Positions 19,704-29,704 of a stretch of 64,000 nucleotides of DNA are shown in pieces. Within the stretch, counting starts at the first letter, position 1; every line of letters begins with the position of its first letter. This DNA is from an uncultured Acholeplasmataceae bacterium (lineage in GTDB: Bacteria; Bacillota_I; Bacilli_A; Acholeplasmatales; UBA5453): assembly GCA_964481475.1 (NCBI GenBank), contig CAYZTG010000001.1:20441-84440 (forward strand). The letters are read 5' to 3'. The notes under the pieces were generated by a model. That model ran no database searches. It was not told the DNA's origin and saw only the letters and a list, made by a program, of their open reading frames with translations. A program made the position numbers and the translations under genes.

Positions 19704-22190
19704 CTACTTAATTTCATCTTGAAGTTTTTTTATGATAAGAAGTGCTTCAATAGGTGTTAAATTATTAGTATTAATCTCTTTAATTTGATGGATCACATGT
19801 TCATTAACTTGATCAAAAATAGGGCCTTCTTTTACATCATCAAAATTAAAAATAGTTAAAGCAATCTCCTGTTTTTGATGTTTTTCAAAGTCATCTAAAA
19901 TCAATTGACTACGGTGTATTAATGACTTAGGTAAACTTGCAAGAGCGGCAACATTTATCCCATATGATTTATCGGTTGCTCCTTCACTCACCTTATGAAG
20001 AAAAATCAATTTACCCTTTTCTAAAGTTGCTTTAACATGAACATTTTTTACCCTCTTCAATTTTTCCAAAGCAGTTAATTCATGATAATGAGTAGAAAAT
20101 AACATAACTGATTTAATTTTTTCATGAACATATTCAACAATTCCTTGAGCTAAGGCCATCCCGTCATAAGTTGCTGTTCCTCGACCAATTTCATCAAAAA
20201 GCATGAGAGAGTTTTTTGTAGCATTTTGTAAAGCATAATTAGTTTCTACCATTTCTACCATAAAAGTTGACTTACCACTCGTTAAATCATCTTGAGCCCC
20301 AATTCTCGTAAAAATAGCATCAAATAAGGCTACTTTAGCTTCAGAAGCTGGTACAAAAGAACCAATTTGCGTCATAATAACTATTAAAGCTACCATTCTC
20401 ATGTAGGTAGACTTACCACTCATATTCGGTCCAGTTATAATTAAAATTCCACCTTCAATAATACTAATATCATTTTCAATAAAAGGTGTTGGATTGAAGG
20501 TCTCAATTATCGGGTGTCTTGCATTTTTAACATGGACTTCATTATTTTCAGCGACTTCCGGCCTTACATAGTTATTATCTAAAGCAACCCGTGCTAATGA
20601 TTGCATTACATCAATAAAGGCAATTTGGTCAGCTAGTTCTTGGAGTGTTTTAGTATCTTGTTTCATAATATCCTTAAACTCTAAAAATAATCTATATTCT
20701 AAGTCTAAAACTATTTCTTTAGCATTTAATATTTCTGTTTCACGTTCTTTTAATTCTGTATTAATAAATCTTTCACTGCCGACTAAAGTCTGTTTACGGA
20801 CATAGCCAAACTCATCATTAATTAAATGTAAATTACTTTTAGTAACTTCAATATAATAACCAAAAACCCGGTTAAAACCAACCTTTAAATTACGAATATT
20901 CGTTCTTTCTCTTTCTTGTTGTTCAAAATCAAGCACCCATTGTTGACCAATGTTTCTTATCTTTTTAAAACGATCAAGTTCACTATTATAACCTTCTTTA
21001 AATATGTTTCCTTCTTTAACAACTATTGGAGCTTCATCTTTAATTGCAGCATTAATAAACTCGTATAATGATTGATGGTCATTAATCATTTTGCTTAATT
21101 CTTCTAGTTTATTATTATTAAACTTTAATAAAGCAGCTTTTACTAAAGGGATTTTACTTAAGGAGTTTTTAAGTTGAACGAAATCTCTAGGATTAGCATT
21201 TAAATTAGCTATTCTAGAAGTGATTCTCTTTAGATCATAAATCTCTTTTAAAGAATCAGTTAATACGTAAATTGGCCCTTCTTTGATAGCTTCAACATAA
21301 TCTAGTCTTTCCGCAATTCTTGCTTTATCATATAACGGCCTTTCAATCATCTTTTTTAATAACCTTGAGCCCATATTAGTTTGACATTTATCAAGCACAT
21401 TAAATAAACTAAATTTTGATTCTTGATCAATTAGTTCTAATGATTTTATACTATTATTATCTAGTCTTAAATACTCAACTTCATTTTCAATTTCAATTTT
21501 ATTGAAAACCTCAATAAGGGATTCTTCTATTTGTGATAAATAACTAAGTAAATGCAGAACTGTTTTTTTACTAAGCTCATTTAATCCCTCAACTAAAAAA
21601 TGATCCTTCAAATAATCATTATGTTTTGAAACTAAAACGTTGCCTAAATCTTTTTCTAAATGCTTCAAGTCATTTCCTAAAACTATTTCTTTTATTTCTT
21701 TTTTAGCAATTTCATCAAGTAAATCTTGTTTATTTAAATATTCAACTAAAACTATCTCTCCCGTAGAAATATCCGCATAGCATAGACAATAATTTAGTTT
21801 ATCAACTAAAATTGAGGCAATATAGTTGTTAGTGTTTTTATCTAACAAAAGATCATCAACAACCATACCAGGAGTTATTAACTTAATTACTTTCCTTTCG
21901 ACTAAGCCATTACCGGGTTCGCTTACTTGTTCAACAATCGCCACTTTATAACCTTTATTTATTAATTTTTGTAAATAAGGAGTGACACTATGATGAGGCA
22001 CGCCACACATCGGAATTCTTTCCTTAACTCCCCCATCTCTAGCAGTCAAAGCAATCTCCAATTCTTTAGAGGCAATTTTTGCATCTTCAAAAAACAACTC
22101 ATAAAAATCACCTAATCTAAAAAAGACTAAGCAGTCTGCATAGTCCTTTTTAATATCTAAATATTGTTTAATCATTGGGGTGTACTTCAT
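19704..22190 (-). CDS. mutS: DNA mismatch repair protein MutS
   Basis: 828-aa ORF with MKYTPMIKQYLDIK, Walker A GPNMSGKST, and DEIGRGT and STHYHEL motifs. Confidence 0.95.
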   Translation of the reverse strand: MKYTPMIKQYLDIKKDYADCLVFFRLGDFYELFFEDAKIASKELEIALTARDGGVKERIPMCGVPHHSVTPYLQKLINKGYKVAIVEQVSEPGNGLVERKVIKLITPGMVVDDLLLDKNTNNYIASILVDKLNYCLCYADISTGEIVLVEYLNKQDLLDEIAKKEIKEIVLGNDLKHLEKDLGNVLVSKHNDYLKDHFLVEGLNELSKKTVLHLLSYLSQIEESLIEVFNKIEIENEVEYLRLDNNSIKSLELIDQESKFSLFNVLDKCQTNMGSRLLKKMIERPLYDKARIAERLDYVEAIKEGPIYVLTDSLKEIYDLKRITSRIANLNANPRDFVQLKNSLSKIPLVKAALLKFNNNKLEELSKMINDHQSLYEFINAAIKDEAPIVVKEGNIFKEGYNSELDRFKKIRNIGQQWVLDFEQQERERTNIRNLKVGFNRVFGYYIEVTKSNLHLINDEFGYVRKQTLVGSERFINTELKERETEILNAKEIVLDLEYRLFLEFKDIMKQDTKTLQELADQIAFIDVMQSLARVALDNNYVRPEVAENNEVHVKNARHPIIETFNPTPFIENDISIIEGGILIITGPNMSGKSTYMRMVALIVIMTQIGSFVPASEAKVALFDAIFTRIGAQDDLTSGKSTFMVEMVETNYALQNATKNSLMLFDEIGRGTATYDGMALAQGIVEYVHEKIKSVMLFSTHYHELTALEKLKRVKNVHVKATLEKGKLIFLHKVSEGATDKSYGINVAALASLPKSLIHRSQLILDDFEKHQKQEIALTIFNFDDVKEGPIFDQVNEHVIHQIKEINTNNLTPIEALLIIKKLQDEIK

Positions 22191-22217
22191 ATAAAACCTT
22201 CTTTAAATTAATTAGTC

Positions 22218-23603
22218 TTAATCTTCAATAATATCATCTATAAATATTTCTGGATAAAGTGGATATTTACCTTTTTCTTTTTTCTCTTGTTTTTTTTCTT
22301 TTTTACTCTTTTTAGAAGTTTCTTCTATTTCAGGTTGATCTTCGACAGTTAAACGACTTTGAAACGGGAAAATATTAATTGGTCTCACACGAGCAGCTCT
22401 TCTTTGTCTTTCCGCTTTTTCTTCTAACGGCATTTCTTCAATTATTGGCTTATTTTCTACAACTTCTTCTTCAAGATGACCTACAACTGGGAATTCAGTG
22501 TTTCTTAAAACTTCAACTTCTTTAGAAAGTTCATCAATTTCTTTTTTGAGTTCATCCATCTCACTAAGTATTCTATCTAACGCCTCTTGAGAAATATCAG
22601 CCATCGGAACTTCTTCAACTAAATCTTCGACAATCGGTTCCTCTACAACCGGTTCTTCTACTACAGGTTCTTCGATGATAATTTCTTCAACAATGACCTC
22701 TTCTTCAATAACTGGTTCTTCAACAACTTCAGGTTCTTCAATAATTTCTGGCTTAATCAATTCATAAATACCTGGATCAGTTGGAACGAAGTATGCTTCT
22801 TTAGTTTCTTTTGCATTTTTTAAGATATATTCAATAACTTCTTCTTTTTTTAACTCAATAGAAGCTTTAATATCATTATTGATCGCGTATCTTTGCATAA
22901 TGATTACAGGCATGTCATCAATTTTAGCACCCTCTTCATCAGTATAGATACCTCTTTCTTTTAAGACATCTTTAATAATTTCAGCTAATTGTTGCTTACG
23001 TAATCTTCTTGGAACATCAACATTATACTTAAGACCAACTTCTCTAATCTCTACTAAAGTTGAACTCTTATATAAAACAGATCTAAACACATTTGGTTCT
23101 AATCCATCTATTTCGTTTTTGTCATCAAAAAAGAGTGGATTAAGTTGAGCATTATAAGCTAAGATGTTTTCGCTTGTTCCTTTGGAAAGCTCTTTAGCTT
23201 TGTCATATAATTTTGCTATTTCAACTTCGGATACCTTTTTAACAACAATATAGTTAAATAATTCTAACCATAATTGTAATTTAAATTCTTTAATCAATTT
23301 ACCATCATTAAATTTTGGTAATAAATTCACGAGTTGAGCATCCGAAAAATTAGCATACCATCCTATTCGATAACGCATTTCGTCTGACAATTTTCTAATC
23401 TGCTCTTGATCTTCTTTATATGGATCTAAAACTGTTCTTAATACATCCATTCTAAGTTTTCTTGGAATCGATAGTCCTAACGTTTGAAAAAAGATTTTAA
23501 TGTCCAAACTAGGTAACTTTACTAACTCATCAATCACTTCACCAACATTTAGTGTTTTCTTGTTAATCTTTACTGCATCTTCTCTCTTTAAAATAGCCAT
23601 CAT
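22218..23603 (-). CDS. Hypothetical protein with two Rho_N/HeH-like motifs, an acidic (E-E-P-V-V)n repeat, a coiled coil and a basic tail
   Basis: 461-aa ORF with an AGGAGG SD. Motifs GLSIPRKLRMDVLRTVL and LVEIREVGLKYNVDVPRRLRKQQLAEIIKDVL are present. The acidic repeat covers residues about 287-333, and the C-terminal tail contains KKSKKEKKQEKKEKGK. I recognise no characterised family. Confidence 0.7.
   Translation of the reverse strand: MMAILKREDAVKINKKTLNVGEVIDELVKLPSLDIKIFFQTLGLSIPRKLRMDVLRTVLDPYKEDQEQIRKLSDEMRYRIGWYANFSDAQLVNLLPKFNDGKLIKEFKLQLWLELFNYIVVKKVSEVEIAKLYDKAKELSKGTSENILAYNAQLNPLFFDDKNEIDGLEPNVFRSVLYKSSTLVEIREVGLKYNVDVPRRLRKQQLAEIIKDVLKERGIYTDEEGAKIDDMPVIIMQRYAINNDIKASIELKKEEVIEYILKNAKETKEAYFVPTDPGIYELIKPEIIEEPEVVEEPVIEEEVIVEEIIIEEPVVEEPVVEEPIVEDLVEEVPMADISQEALDRILSEMDELKKEIDELSKEVEVLRNTEFPVVGHLEEEVVENKPIIEEMPLEEKAERQRRAARVRPINIFPFQSRLTVEDQPEIEETSKKSKKEKKQEKKEKGKYPLYPEIFIDDIIED
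22605..22747 (-). repeat. Degenerate in-frame tandem repeat (about 15-nt period) encoding the acidic EEPVV repeat
   Basis: Plus-strand units include CGGTTCCTCTACAAC, CGGTTCTTCTACTAC and AGGTTCTTCGATGAT, with further decayed copies. Confidence 0.6.
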
Positions 23604-23627
23604 TGCCCTCCTAGTGTTTATAAATTA

Positions 23628-23656
23628 ATAATACTATATTTTAAGTTAATTATCAA
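23628..23656 (-). promoter_or_regulatory. Candidate sigma-A promoter for the acidic-repeat protein gene
   Basis: On the minus strand: TTGATA, 17 nt, TATTAT, about 25 nt upstream of the ATG. Confidence 0.4.
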
Positions 23657-23680
23657 CATATTTTCATGGAAAAAGGCTAA

Positions 23681-24022
23681 CTAGTCCATATTACCATGTT
23701 TTTTAGTAATTTCTAACCCTTTTTCGATAATCATTTTTATTTCTTGAAGCAAATAATTTAATTCATCTTGTAATTGCAAGTAATTATATAGAAGCGGATT
23801 TTCATTTATCTTTTTCAGTTTATCATCGTACTGTTTTTCCACTATTAAGGCCATTTCTCGCTTACCTAAATATTGCAAGTTAACAAGTTCTTTTTGTATA
23901 TCCTTTAATTCTTTTAACTCTTTTAACAACAGTTCATCGCTGTTAATTATTTTTTCTAACCGCTTATATTGCTTAATTGACTCATCATTTTTAATTAAAT
24001 CAATTAATTCTTTTTTATTCAT
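23681..24022 (-). CDS. YlbF/YmcA-family regulatory protein (RicA-like)
   Basis: 113-aa helical protein that overlaps the miaB stop by 8 nt. This is the same position as ymcA after ymcB (miaB) in B. subtilis. The pattern IKQYKRLEKIINSD...LQDELNYLLQEI is typical of the family. Confidence 0.7.
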   Translation of the reverse strand: MNKKELIDLIKNDESIKQYKRLEKIINSDELLLKELKELKDIQKELVNLQYLGKREMALIVEKQYDDKLKKINENPLLYNYLQLQDELNYLLQEIKMIIEKGLEITKKHGNMD

Positions 24023-25448
24023 TTATTTCACCGATTAAAAACCAAGTTCTCACATCAGTAATTTTAACATTAACTATTTTACCAATCATTGACTCATCAC
24101 CACTAAAGTTGACAAGTTTATTATGTTCGGTATAACCAGCTAAAATATTTTCATCTTTTTTTGAATAACCATCAACTAAAACTTTAACATCTTTATTTAA
24201 AAATTTAGTCGTTCCTCTTAAATAACCTTCATTAACAACCGTATTTAATCTCTTTAATCTTTCTCTTTGCTCTTCTTCACTAATATTATCAGGAAAATTA
24301 TAAGCTGGCGTTCCAGATCTTTTTGAAAAAATAAAAGTATAAGCTCCCTCAAAATCAACTTCATTAACAAGTTCTAATGTTTCTAAAAAATCTTCTTCTT
24401 CCTCATAAGGAAAACCAACAATGATATCTGTTGTAATAGAAATATCTGGTCTTGCTTCCTTAAGGAGTTTCATTACTTCCAAATAACGTTCTTTTGTATA
24501 ATGACGATTCATTTTCTTAAGAACTTTATTTGATCCGCTTTGAACTGGTAAATGTAAATGAGGCATAATGTGTGGTAACTTAAAAGCAGCTATTGTTTTT
24601 AAATCAATGTCTCTTGGGTGCGAAGTAGTAAAACGAATTCTTTCAATACCAGTATCATTTAGATCTGCTAAAAGATCACCAAAAGTATAATCTATTTCTT
24701 TAAAGTCTTTACCATAAGCATTAACATTTTGTCCTAATAAAGTTACTTCTTTATAACCTAAACTATGGAGTTCTTTGACTTCATTAATTATTTCATCTTT
24801 ATTTCTAGAACGTTCTTTTCCTCTTGTATAAGGCACAATACAGTAAGTGCAAAATTCGTCGCATCCATACATAATAGTTACCCAAGCCTTAAAGTTGTGG
24901 TTTCTAACTTTAGGTAAGTTTTCAACAATATCCCCTTCAAAAGAAAAGACCTCAATAACTCTTTCTTTAGAGAAGGTTGCTTGCTTTATATACTCAGGTA
25001 ACTTATAAATATTATGGGTTCCAAAAATAATGTCAATATAGGGGTAACTCTTCAAAAGTTTATTAACCACTTTCTCTTCTTGAGCCATACAACCACATAA
25101 GCCAATTAATAAGTTTGGATTACTTTTCTTTAAACTTTTTAAACGCCCAAGTTCTCCCCAAATTCTATTTTCTGCATTTTCTCTAATCGCACAAGTATTT
25201 AATAAAATAATGTCCGCTTCTTTTTCAGTTTCTGCTTTTTCATAACCCATTTTTTCAAATAAACCCGCTAATATTTCGCTATCAGCTTCATTACCTTGAC
25301 AACCATAAGTTTGAATACGGTAATTTAATCCTTTACCAATATTTAAATAAGAACTATCAAAACTAAAGTCAATATACTCAGCTTCTCCTTTTCTTTTTCT
25401 TGCATCATTTAAGTTAGGTTTGAAATATTTTTTTACATCTATATCCAT
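24015..25448 (-). CDS. miaB: tRNA (N6-isopentenyl-A37) methylthiotransferase MiaB
   Basis: 477-aa ORF with a UPF0004 cysteine cluster (TYGCQGN, NTCAIRE, GCMAQ), radical-SAM CDEFCTYCIVPYTRG and a C-terminal TRAM domain. Confidence 0.92.
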   Translation of the reverse strand: MDIDVKKYFKPNLNDARKRKGEAEYIDFSFDSSYLNIGKGLNYRIQTYGCQGNEADSEILAGLFEKMGYEKAETEKEADIILLNTCAIRENAENRIWGELGRLKSLKKSNPNLLIGLCGCMAQEEKVVNKLLKSYPYIDIIFGTHNIYKLPEYIKQATFSKERVIEVFSFEGDIVENLPKVRNHNFKAWVTIMYGCDEFCTYCIVPYTRGKERSRNKDEIINEVKELHSLGYKEVTLLGQNVNAYGKDFKEIDYTFGDLLADLNDTGIERIRFTTSHPRDIDLKTIAAFKLPHIMPHLHLPVQSGSNKVLKKMNRHYTKERYLEVMKLLKEARPDISITTDIIVGFPYEEEEDFLETLELVNEVDFEGAYTFIFSKRSGTPAYNFPDNISEEEQRERLKRLNTVVNEGYLRGTTKFLNKDVKVLVDGYSKKDENILAGYTEHNKLVNFSGDESMIGKIVNVKITDVRTWFLIGEINE

Positions 25449-25505
25449 CTAATCACCAAAATCATTATAAATTATTTGTTAATACTAGGCAAAGAAAATG
25501 ATATC

Positions 25506-26264
25506 TTACTCACTTTCAATGTGTATCCTTTTAATTTCTTTACTTTCTAGATTTAATACTACTGCATTTAATTGCTTTAAACCTACTTCAACTTTATTAG
25601 GGGTTGTATAACCATTTAAAAAGCGATTAATAACTATTTCTTTGCTTACCCCAATAATACCATTTAAAGGTCCTGTCATTCCAACATCCGTTAAATATAG
25701 CGTACCTTTTGGGAGAAGACGATCATCGGCAGTTTGTACATGAGTATGAGTTCCAACAATCGCTGAAGCCAAACCATCTAAATAATGAGCAAAAGCAATT
25801 TTTTCACTAGTGGCTTCTGCATGAAAATCAATTATGGAGTAATCGTAGTCTTCTTTTTCAAGAATATTCTTTGCAGTAACAAAAGGATTCTCTAAGTTGG
25901 CATCCATGAAGGTTCTTCCCAATAGATTAATTACTAATAATTTTTTGCCATTAAAATTTAAAACTAAATGCTTTTTTCCAGGGGCAGATAAATAATTAGC
26001 TGGTCTCAAAATATTTGCTTCATCAATAAAATTGACTAGTTCTTTTTGACCCCAAACATGATTACCCATCGTAACTGCATTAACACCCAACTTCATTAAT
26101 TCCTTATAATAGGTTTCTTTGATTCCTCGTCCATTATCAGCACTATTTTCACCATTTACAATAATAATATTAGGTTTATGTTCATCTTTTAAAATTGGTA
26201 AAAACTTTTTTACCATTTCTCGCCCTGGCTCACCGTAAATATCACCAATAAATAATACTTTCAT
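25506..26264 (-). CDS. ymdB: YmdB-family metallophosphoesterase (2',3'-cyclic-nucleotide phosphodiesterase)
   Basis: 252-aa ORF with MKVLFIGDIYGEPGR, GENSA and GNH motifs. It lies directly downstream of rny, as in Bacillus. Confidence 0.88.
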   Translation of the reverse strand: MKVLFIGDIYGEPGREMVKKFLPILKDEHKPNIIIVNGENSADNGRGIKETYYKELMKLGVNAVTMGNHVWGQKELVNFIDEANILRPANYLSAPGKKHLVLNFNGKKLLVINLLGRTFMDANLENPFVTAKNILEKEDYDYSIIDFHAEATSEKIAFAHYLDGLASAIVGTHTHVQTADDRLLPKGTLYLTDVGMTGPLNGIIGVSKEIVINRFLNGYTTPNKVEVGLKQLNAVVLNLESKEIKRIHIESE

Positions 26265-26282
26265 TTTCTCTCCATTCTAACT

Positions 26283-26304
26283 AAAAAAGGGACAAAAAGT
26301 CCCT
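26283..26304 (-). terminator. Rho-independent terminator (attenuating?) between rny and ymdB
   Basis: On the minus strand, the hairpin AGGGAC-UUUUU-GUCCCU is followed by T6. It starts 2 nt after the rny stop. Confidence 0.6.
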
Positions 26305-26305
26305 C

Positions 26306-27874
26306 TTATTTTGCAACATCAGTTGCTCTTGTTTCTCTAACAACAGTTACTTTAATAGTACCTGGATATTGTAAGTTTGCTTCAATATCTTCTTTAATTT
26401 TTCTTGCAATTTTAAATGTTTGAGTATCGTCAACCTTACTTGGTTCAACAATAACTCTAATTTCCCGACCAGCTTGAATTGCATATGAGCGTTCAACACC
26501 TTCAACACGGTTAGAAATTTCTTCTAATGCTGTCAGTCTCTTCATATAGTTTTCAATTGATTCGCTTCTAGCTCCTGGTCTTGCTGCAGAAAGTGCATCT
26601 GCTGCCGCAACTAAAACAGCTATAATTGACTCAGGCTCTTTATCACCATGATGTGATGCGATCGCATCAATCACTTCTTTAGGCTCTTTATATCTAGAAA
26701 CTAAATTAACTCCAATTTCTACATGCGAACCCTCAACTTCGTGGTCAACTGCTTTACCAATGTCATGAAGTAAGCCAGCTCGCTTCGCTATCACTTCATT
26801 TTCACCAAGCTCAGCAGCCAATTTACCTGCTAAGAAGGCAACTTCAATACTATGTTTTAAAACGTTTTGACCATAACTTGTTCTAAATTGTAACTTCCCT
26901 AATAACTTAATTAAATCAGGGTGCATTTTGCCTATTCCAGTTTCAAAAACTGCATTTTCACCAGTTTCTCTAATAAAAGTCTCAACTTCGGCTTGAACTC
27001 TAGAAACAACTTCTTCAATTCTTCCAGGATGAATTCTTCCATCCTCCACTAGTATTTGTAAAGTTCTTCTTGCAACTTCTCTTCTAACCGGATCAAAACC
27101 TGATAAAACCGCTGCCTCAGGAGTATCATCAATAATTAAATCAACACCAGTTAAAGCTTCAAAAGCACGAATGTTTCTTCCTTCACGTCCGATAACTCTA
27201 CCCTTCATTTCTTCTGTAGGTAAATCAACAACGCTCACAGTTCTCTCTGTTGTTGTTTCGCTAGCATATTTATTTATTGCTAAAGACAACAATTGTTTAG
27301 CTCTGTGATCTGCCTCTGTTTTAGCTTCATCTTCACGTTCTTTAATATAGGCAACAATTTCATTTTCAATCTCGCCCTCAACACGTGTTAATATCGTGTT
27401 TTTTGCTTCATCAACAGTAATTCCTGATATTTGAATTAGCTTTTCTTCTTGCTCTTTTAATAGTTCATCCACTCTGTTTTGAAGTTCATCAACTTCAATT
27501 CTTTTTTCGTCTAATTTTATTTCTTTACTAGCAAGATGTTCTTCTCTTTTATCTAAATTTGCAGAACGATTATTCAACATTTCTTCACGACGAGAAATTT
27601 TGTTTTCCATATCAACGACTTGTTGTCTACGTTCTTTAGCATCCTTTTCAAATTCTTTTTTAAGATTGAATATCTCTTGTCTAGCTTCTAAAACCATTTC
27701 TTTTCGATAATTATCTGCTTCTTTCTTGCCTTCTTCGACAATCTTTTCAGCTTCTTCTTTTGATAATCTCAATGATTTTTCGTGATGTATTACACGTAAA
27801 AAATAACCACCAATTGGTCCGACAATTAGTAATAACAAAGTGGAGATTAATAAAATAATCTCTAAAGTACTCAT
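26306..27874 (-). CDS. rny: Ribonuclease Y
   Basis: 522-aa ORF with an N-terminal TM helix, a coiled coil, a KH domain ([15 protein letters not shown]) and an HD domain (LLHDIGKA). Confidence 0.95.
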   Translation of the reverse strand: MSTLEIILLISTLLLLIVGPIGGYFLRVIHHEKSLRLSKEEAEKIVEEGKKEADNYRKEMVLEARQEIFNLKKEFEKDAKERRQQVVDMENKISRREEMLNNRSANLDKREEHLASKEIKLDEKRIEVDELQNRVDELLKEQEEKLIQISGITVDEAKNTILTRVEGEIENEIVAYIKEREDEAKTEADHRAKQLLSLAINKYASETTTERTVSVVDLPTEEMKGRVIGREGRNIRAFEALTGVDLIIDDTPEAAVLSGFDPVRREVARRTLQILVEDGRIHPGRIEEVVSRVQAEVETFIRETGENAVFETGIGKMHPDLIKLLGKLQFRTSYGQNVLKHSIEVAFLAGKLAAELGENEVIAKRAGLLHDIGKAVDHEVEGSHVEIGVNLVSRYKEPKEVIDAIASHHGDKEPESIIAVLVAAADALSAARPGARSESIENYMKRLTALEEISNRVEGVERSYAIQAGREIRVIVEPSKVDDTQTFKIARKIKEDIEANLQYPGTIKVTVVRETRATDVAK

Positions 27875-27915
27875 TTAAACCTCCACATATTTTTTTATTT
27901 TTTAAAAACTTTTAA

Positions 27916-27944
27916 TTGACTACATTTTAATTTTGGTTTATATT
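27916..27944 (+). promoter_or_regulatory. Candidate sigma-A promoter for the 28046 gene
   Basis: TTGACT, 17 nt, TATATT on the plus strand, about 100 nt upstream of the ATG. Confidence 0.35.
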
Positions 27945-28045
27945 TTAAACCGTATCTATTATACATTCAATTTTATTGATAGTCAATTTATCTTACTCTT
28001 TTATTTTTAATTCTATTGTTGTATAATTAATAAAGGTGATTAATA

Positions 28046-28609
28046 ATGAAAAAAGACAATAACAAAATTTCATTTTACAAAAAATATCGTATTTTTACTA
28101 TTACATTAATTATGTTTTTAGTTGTTCTACCCATAATAACTATTCCAAGTATTTATATTAGCCATTTTGTTTCTAGCAAAGATGTCTTATTTGGTGATAA
28201 AACACTTAAAGCTCAAACGTTAGATTCTCAAGATAAGTTTATAATTGAGGCCAATTTAATAGAAATTATAAAACAAGATAAAGAAAACGATAATAACGGA
28301 AAGTATCTTTTTGAAATTGATTTTAAGACAGAGAGTTCAAACATTAAGGACTTTAAGATTGAAGCCCAACTATCCGTTAAAAATGATAACTATAACAGCG
28401 AAGTTATTAGTAAAACAGTAACCAATCATAGTAAAACTAAGTTTGAAATAGTCTTTAACTATGATATGAATAAAAACCCGCTTCTTTTTGTAAGTCCAAA
28501 AGGACCTACACTTTACTTAAGAATTACTTATTCTTTTGTTGAAAGTAACTTGGGAACTCCAAAACCAATCATCGTCAAAGTTCCTTTTCCTATTCCCCCT
28601 AAAAATTAG
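28046..28609 (+). CDS. Hypothetical membrane-anchored protein
   Basis: 187-aa ORF with an AAAGGTGA SD, an N-terminal TM anchor (IFTITLIMFLVVLPIITIPSIYI) and a beta-rich ectodomain. No recognisable family. Confidence 0.65.
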   Translation: MKKDNNKISFYKKYRIFTITLIMFLVVLPIITIPSIYISHFVSSKDVLFGDKTLKAQTLDSQDKFIIEANLIEIIKQDKENDNNGKYLFEIDFKTESSNIKDFKIEAQLSVKNDNYNSEVISKTVTNHSKTKFEIVFNYDMNKNPLLFVSPKGPTLYLRITYSFVESNLGTPKPIIVKVPFPIPPKN

Positions 28610-28627
28610 TAAGATTAACAATATAAT

Positions 28628-28663
28628 AAAAGCACTTCATTGTCAATATGAAGTGCTTTTTTT
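28628..28663. terminator. Bidirectional Rho-independent terminator (28046 gene / recA)
   Basis: A perfect 13-bp stem AAAAGCACTTCAT/ATGAAGTGCTTTT with a 7-nt loop, with A-runs and T-runs on either side. Confidence 0.8.
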
Positions 28664-28665
28664 AG

Positions 28666-29655
28666 TTATTTTATTAATCCGTAATGCTTGATAATTTGTT
28701 TTTCAATCTCATCTTTAATTGAAATGTTTTCATCTAAAAATATCTTTGCATTTTCTCTTCCTTGGCCAATTCTATCCTCTTTATATGAATACCAAGCACC
28801 ACTCTTCTTAACAATATCTAACTCGGCAGCAAGATCGATAAGTTCGCCAGTTTTTGATAATCCTTGACCATATATTAAATCAATGGAGGCAGTTTTAAAT
28901 GGTGGAGCTACTTTATTTTTTACTATTTTCACATTAGCTTTGTTGCCAACGAGGTCGTTACCAATTTTTAATTGTTCCCCTCTTCTAATTTCTAATCTAA
29001 CTGAAGCATAAAACTTTAAAGCTCGTCCTCCTGATGTAGTTTCAGGACTTCCAAACATTACTCCTACTTTCTCTCTAATCTGGTTAATAAATATACAAAT
29101 TGTATTTGTTTTACTAATAATTCCTGAAAGTTTACGCATCGCTTGACTCATTAATCTCGCTTGTAAGCCAACATGAGTGTCGCCCATTTCACCGCTAATT
29201 TCGGCTTCAGGAACTAATGCTGCCACAGAATCAATTACAACTATTCCTACTGCTCCACTTCTAATTAGAGCTTCAGCGATTTCAAGTGCTTGCTCACCAG
29301 TATCTGGTTGCGATAGAATTAAACTTTCAATATCAACACCTAATCTTTTTGCATATTGAGGATCTAAAGCATGTTCAGCATCAATAAATGCTGCAAACCC
29401 TCCGGATTTTTGCATTTCAGCAATTGCATGGAGAGCAAATGTAGTTTTACCACCTGACTCTGGTCCATATATTTCAATAATTCTTCCTTTAGGATAACCA
29501 CCTATTCCAAGTGCTATATCTAAGGTTATTGATCCTGATGAACTAGCCTCAATTGATTTATCAGCTTCTTCTCCTAACATCATAATTGAGCCTTTTCCAA
29601 ATTGCTTTTCGATTTGTTTCATCGCACTTTCTAGTGCATCATTTCTTTTTTTCAT
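28666..29655 (-). CDS. recA: Recombinase RecA
   Basis: 329-aa ORF with Walker [10 protein letters not shown], plus IDAEHALD and VVIDSVAAL motifs. Confidence 0.97.
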   Translation of the reverse strand: MKKRNDALESAMKQIEKQFGKGSIMMLGEEADKSIEASSSGSITLDIALGIGGYPKGRIIEIYGPESGGKTTFALHAIAEMQKSGGFAAFIDAEHALDPQYAKRLGVDIESLILSQPDTGEQALEIAEALIRSGAVGIVVIDSVAALVPEAEISGEMGDTHVGLQARLMSQAMRKLSGIISKTNTICIFINQIREKVGVMFGSPETTSGGRALKFYASVRLEIRRGEQLKIGNDLVGNKANVKIVKNKVAPPFKTASIDLIYGQGLSKTGELIDLAAELDIVKKSGAWYSYKEDRIGQGRENAKIFLDENISIKDEIEKQIIKHYGLIK

Positions 29656-29704
29656 TCAATCTAATCCTCCATTTATATATATACAAAAAGTTTTTTATTT
29701 TACT

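Noticed and set aside
28020-28027. TGTATAAT box just upstream of the 28046 gene as its promoter
   Set aside because: It ends only 18 nt before the ATG, so a transcript from it would lack the AAAGGTGA SD. The upstream TTGACT-17-TATATT is more plausible.
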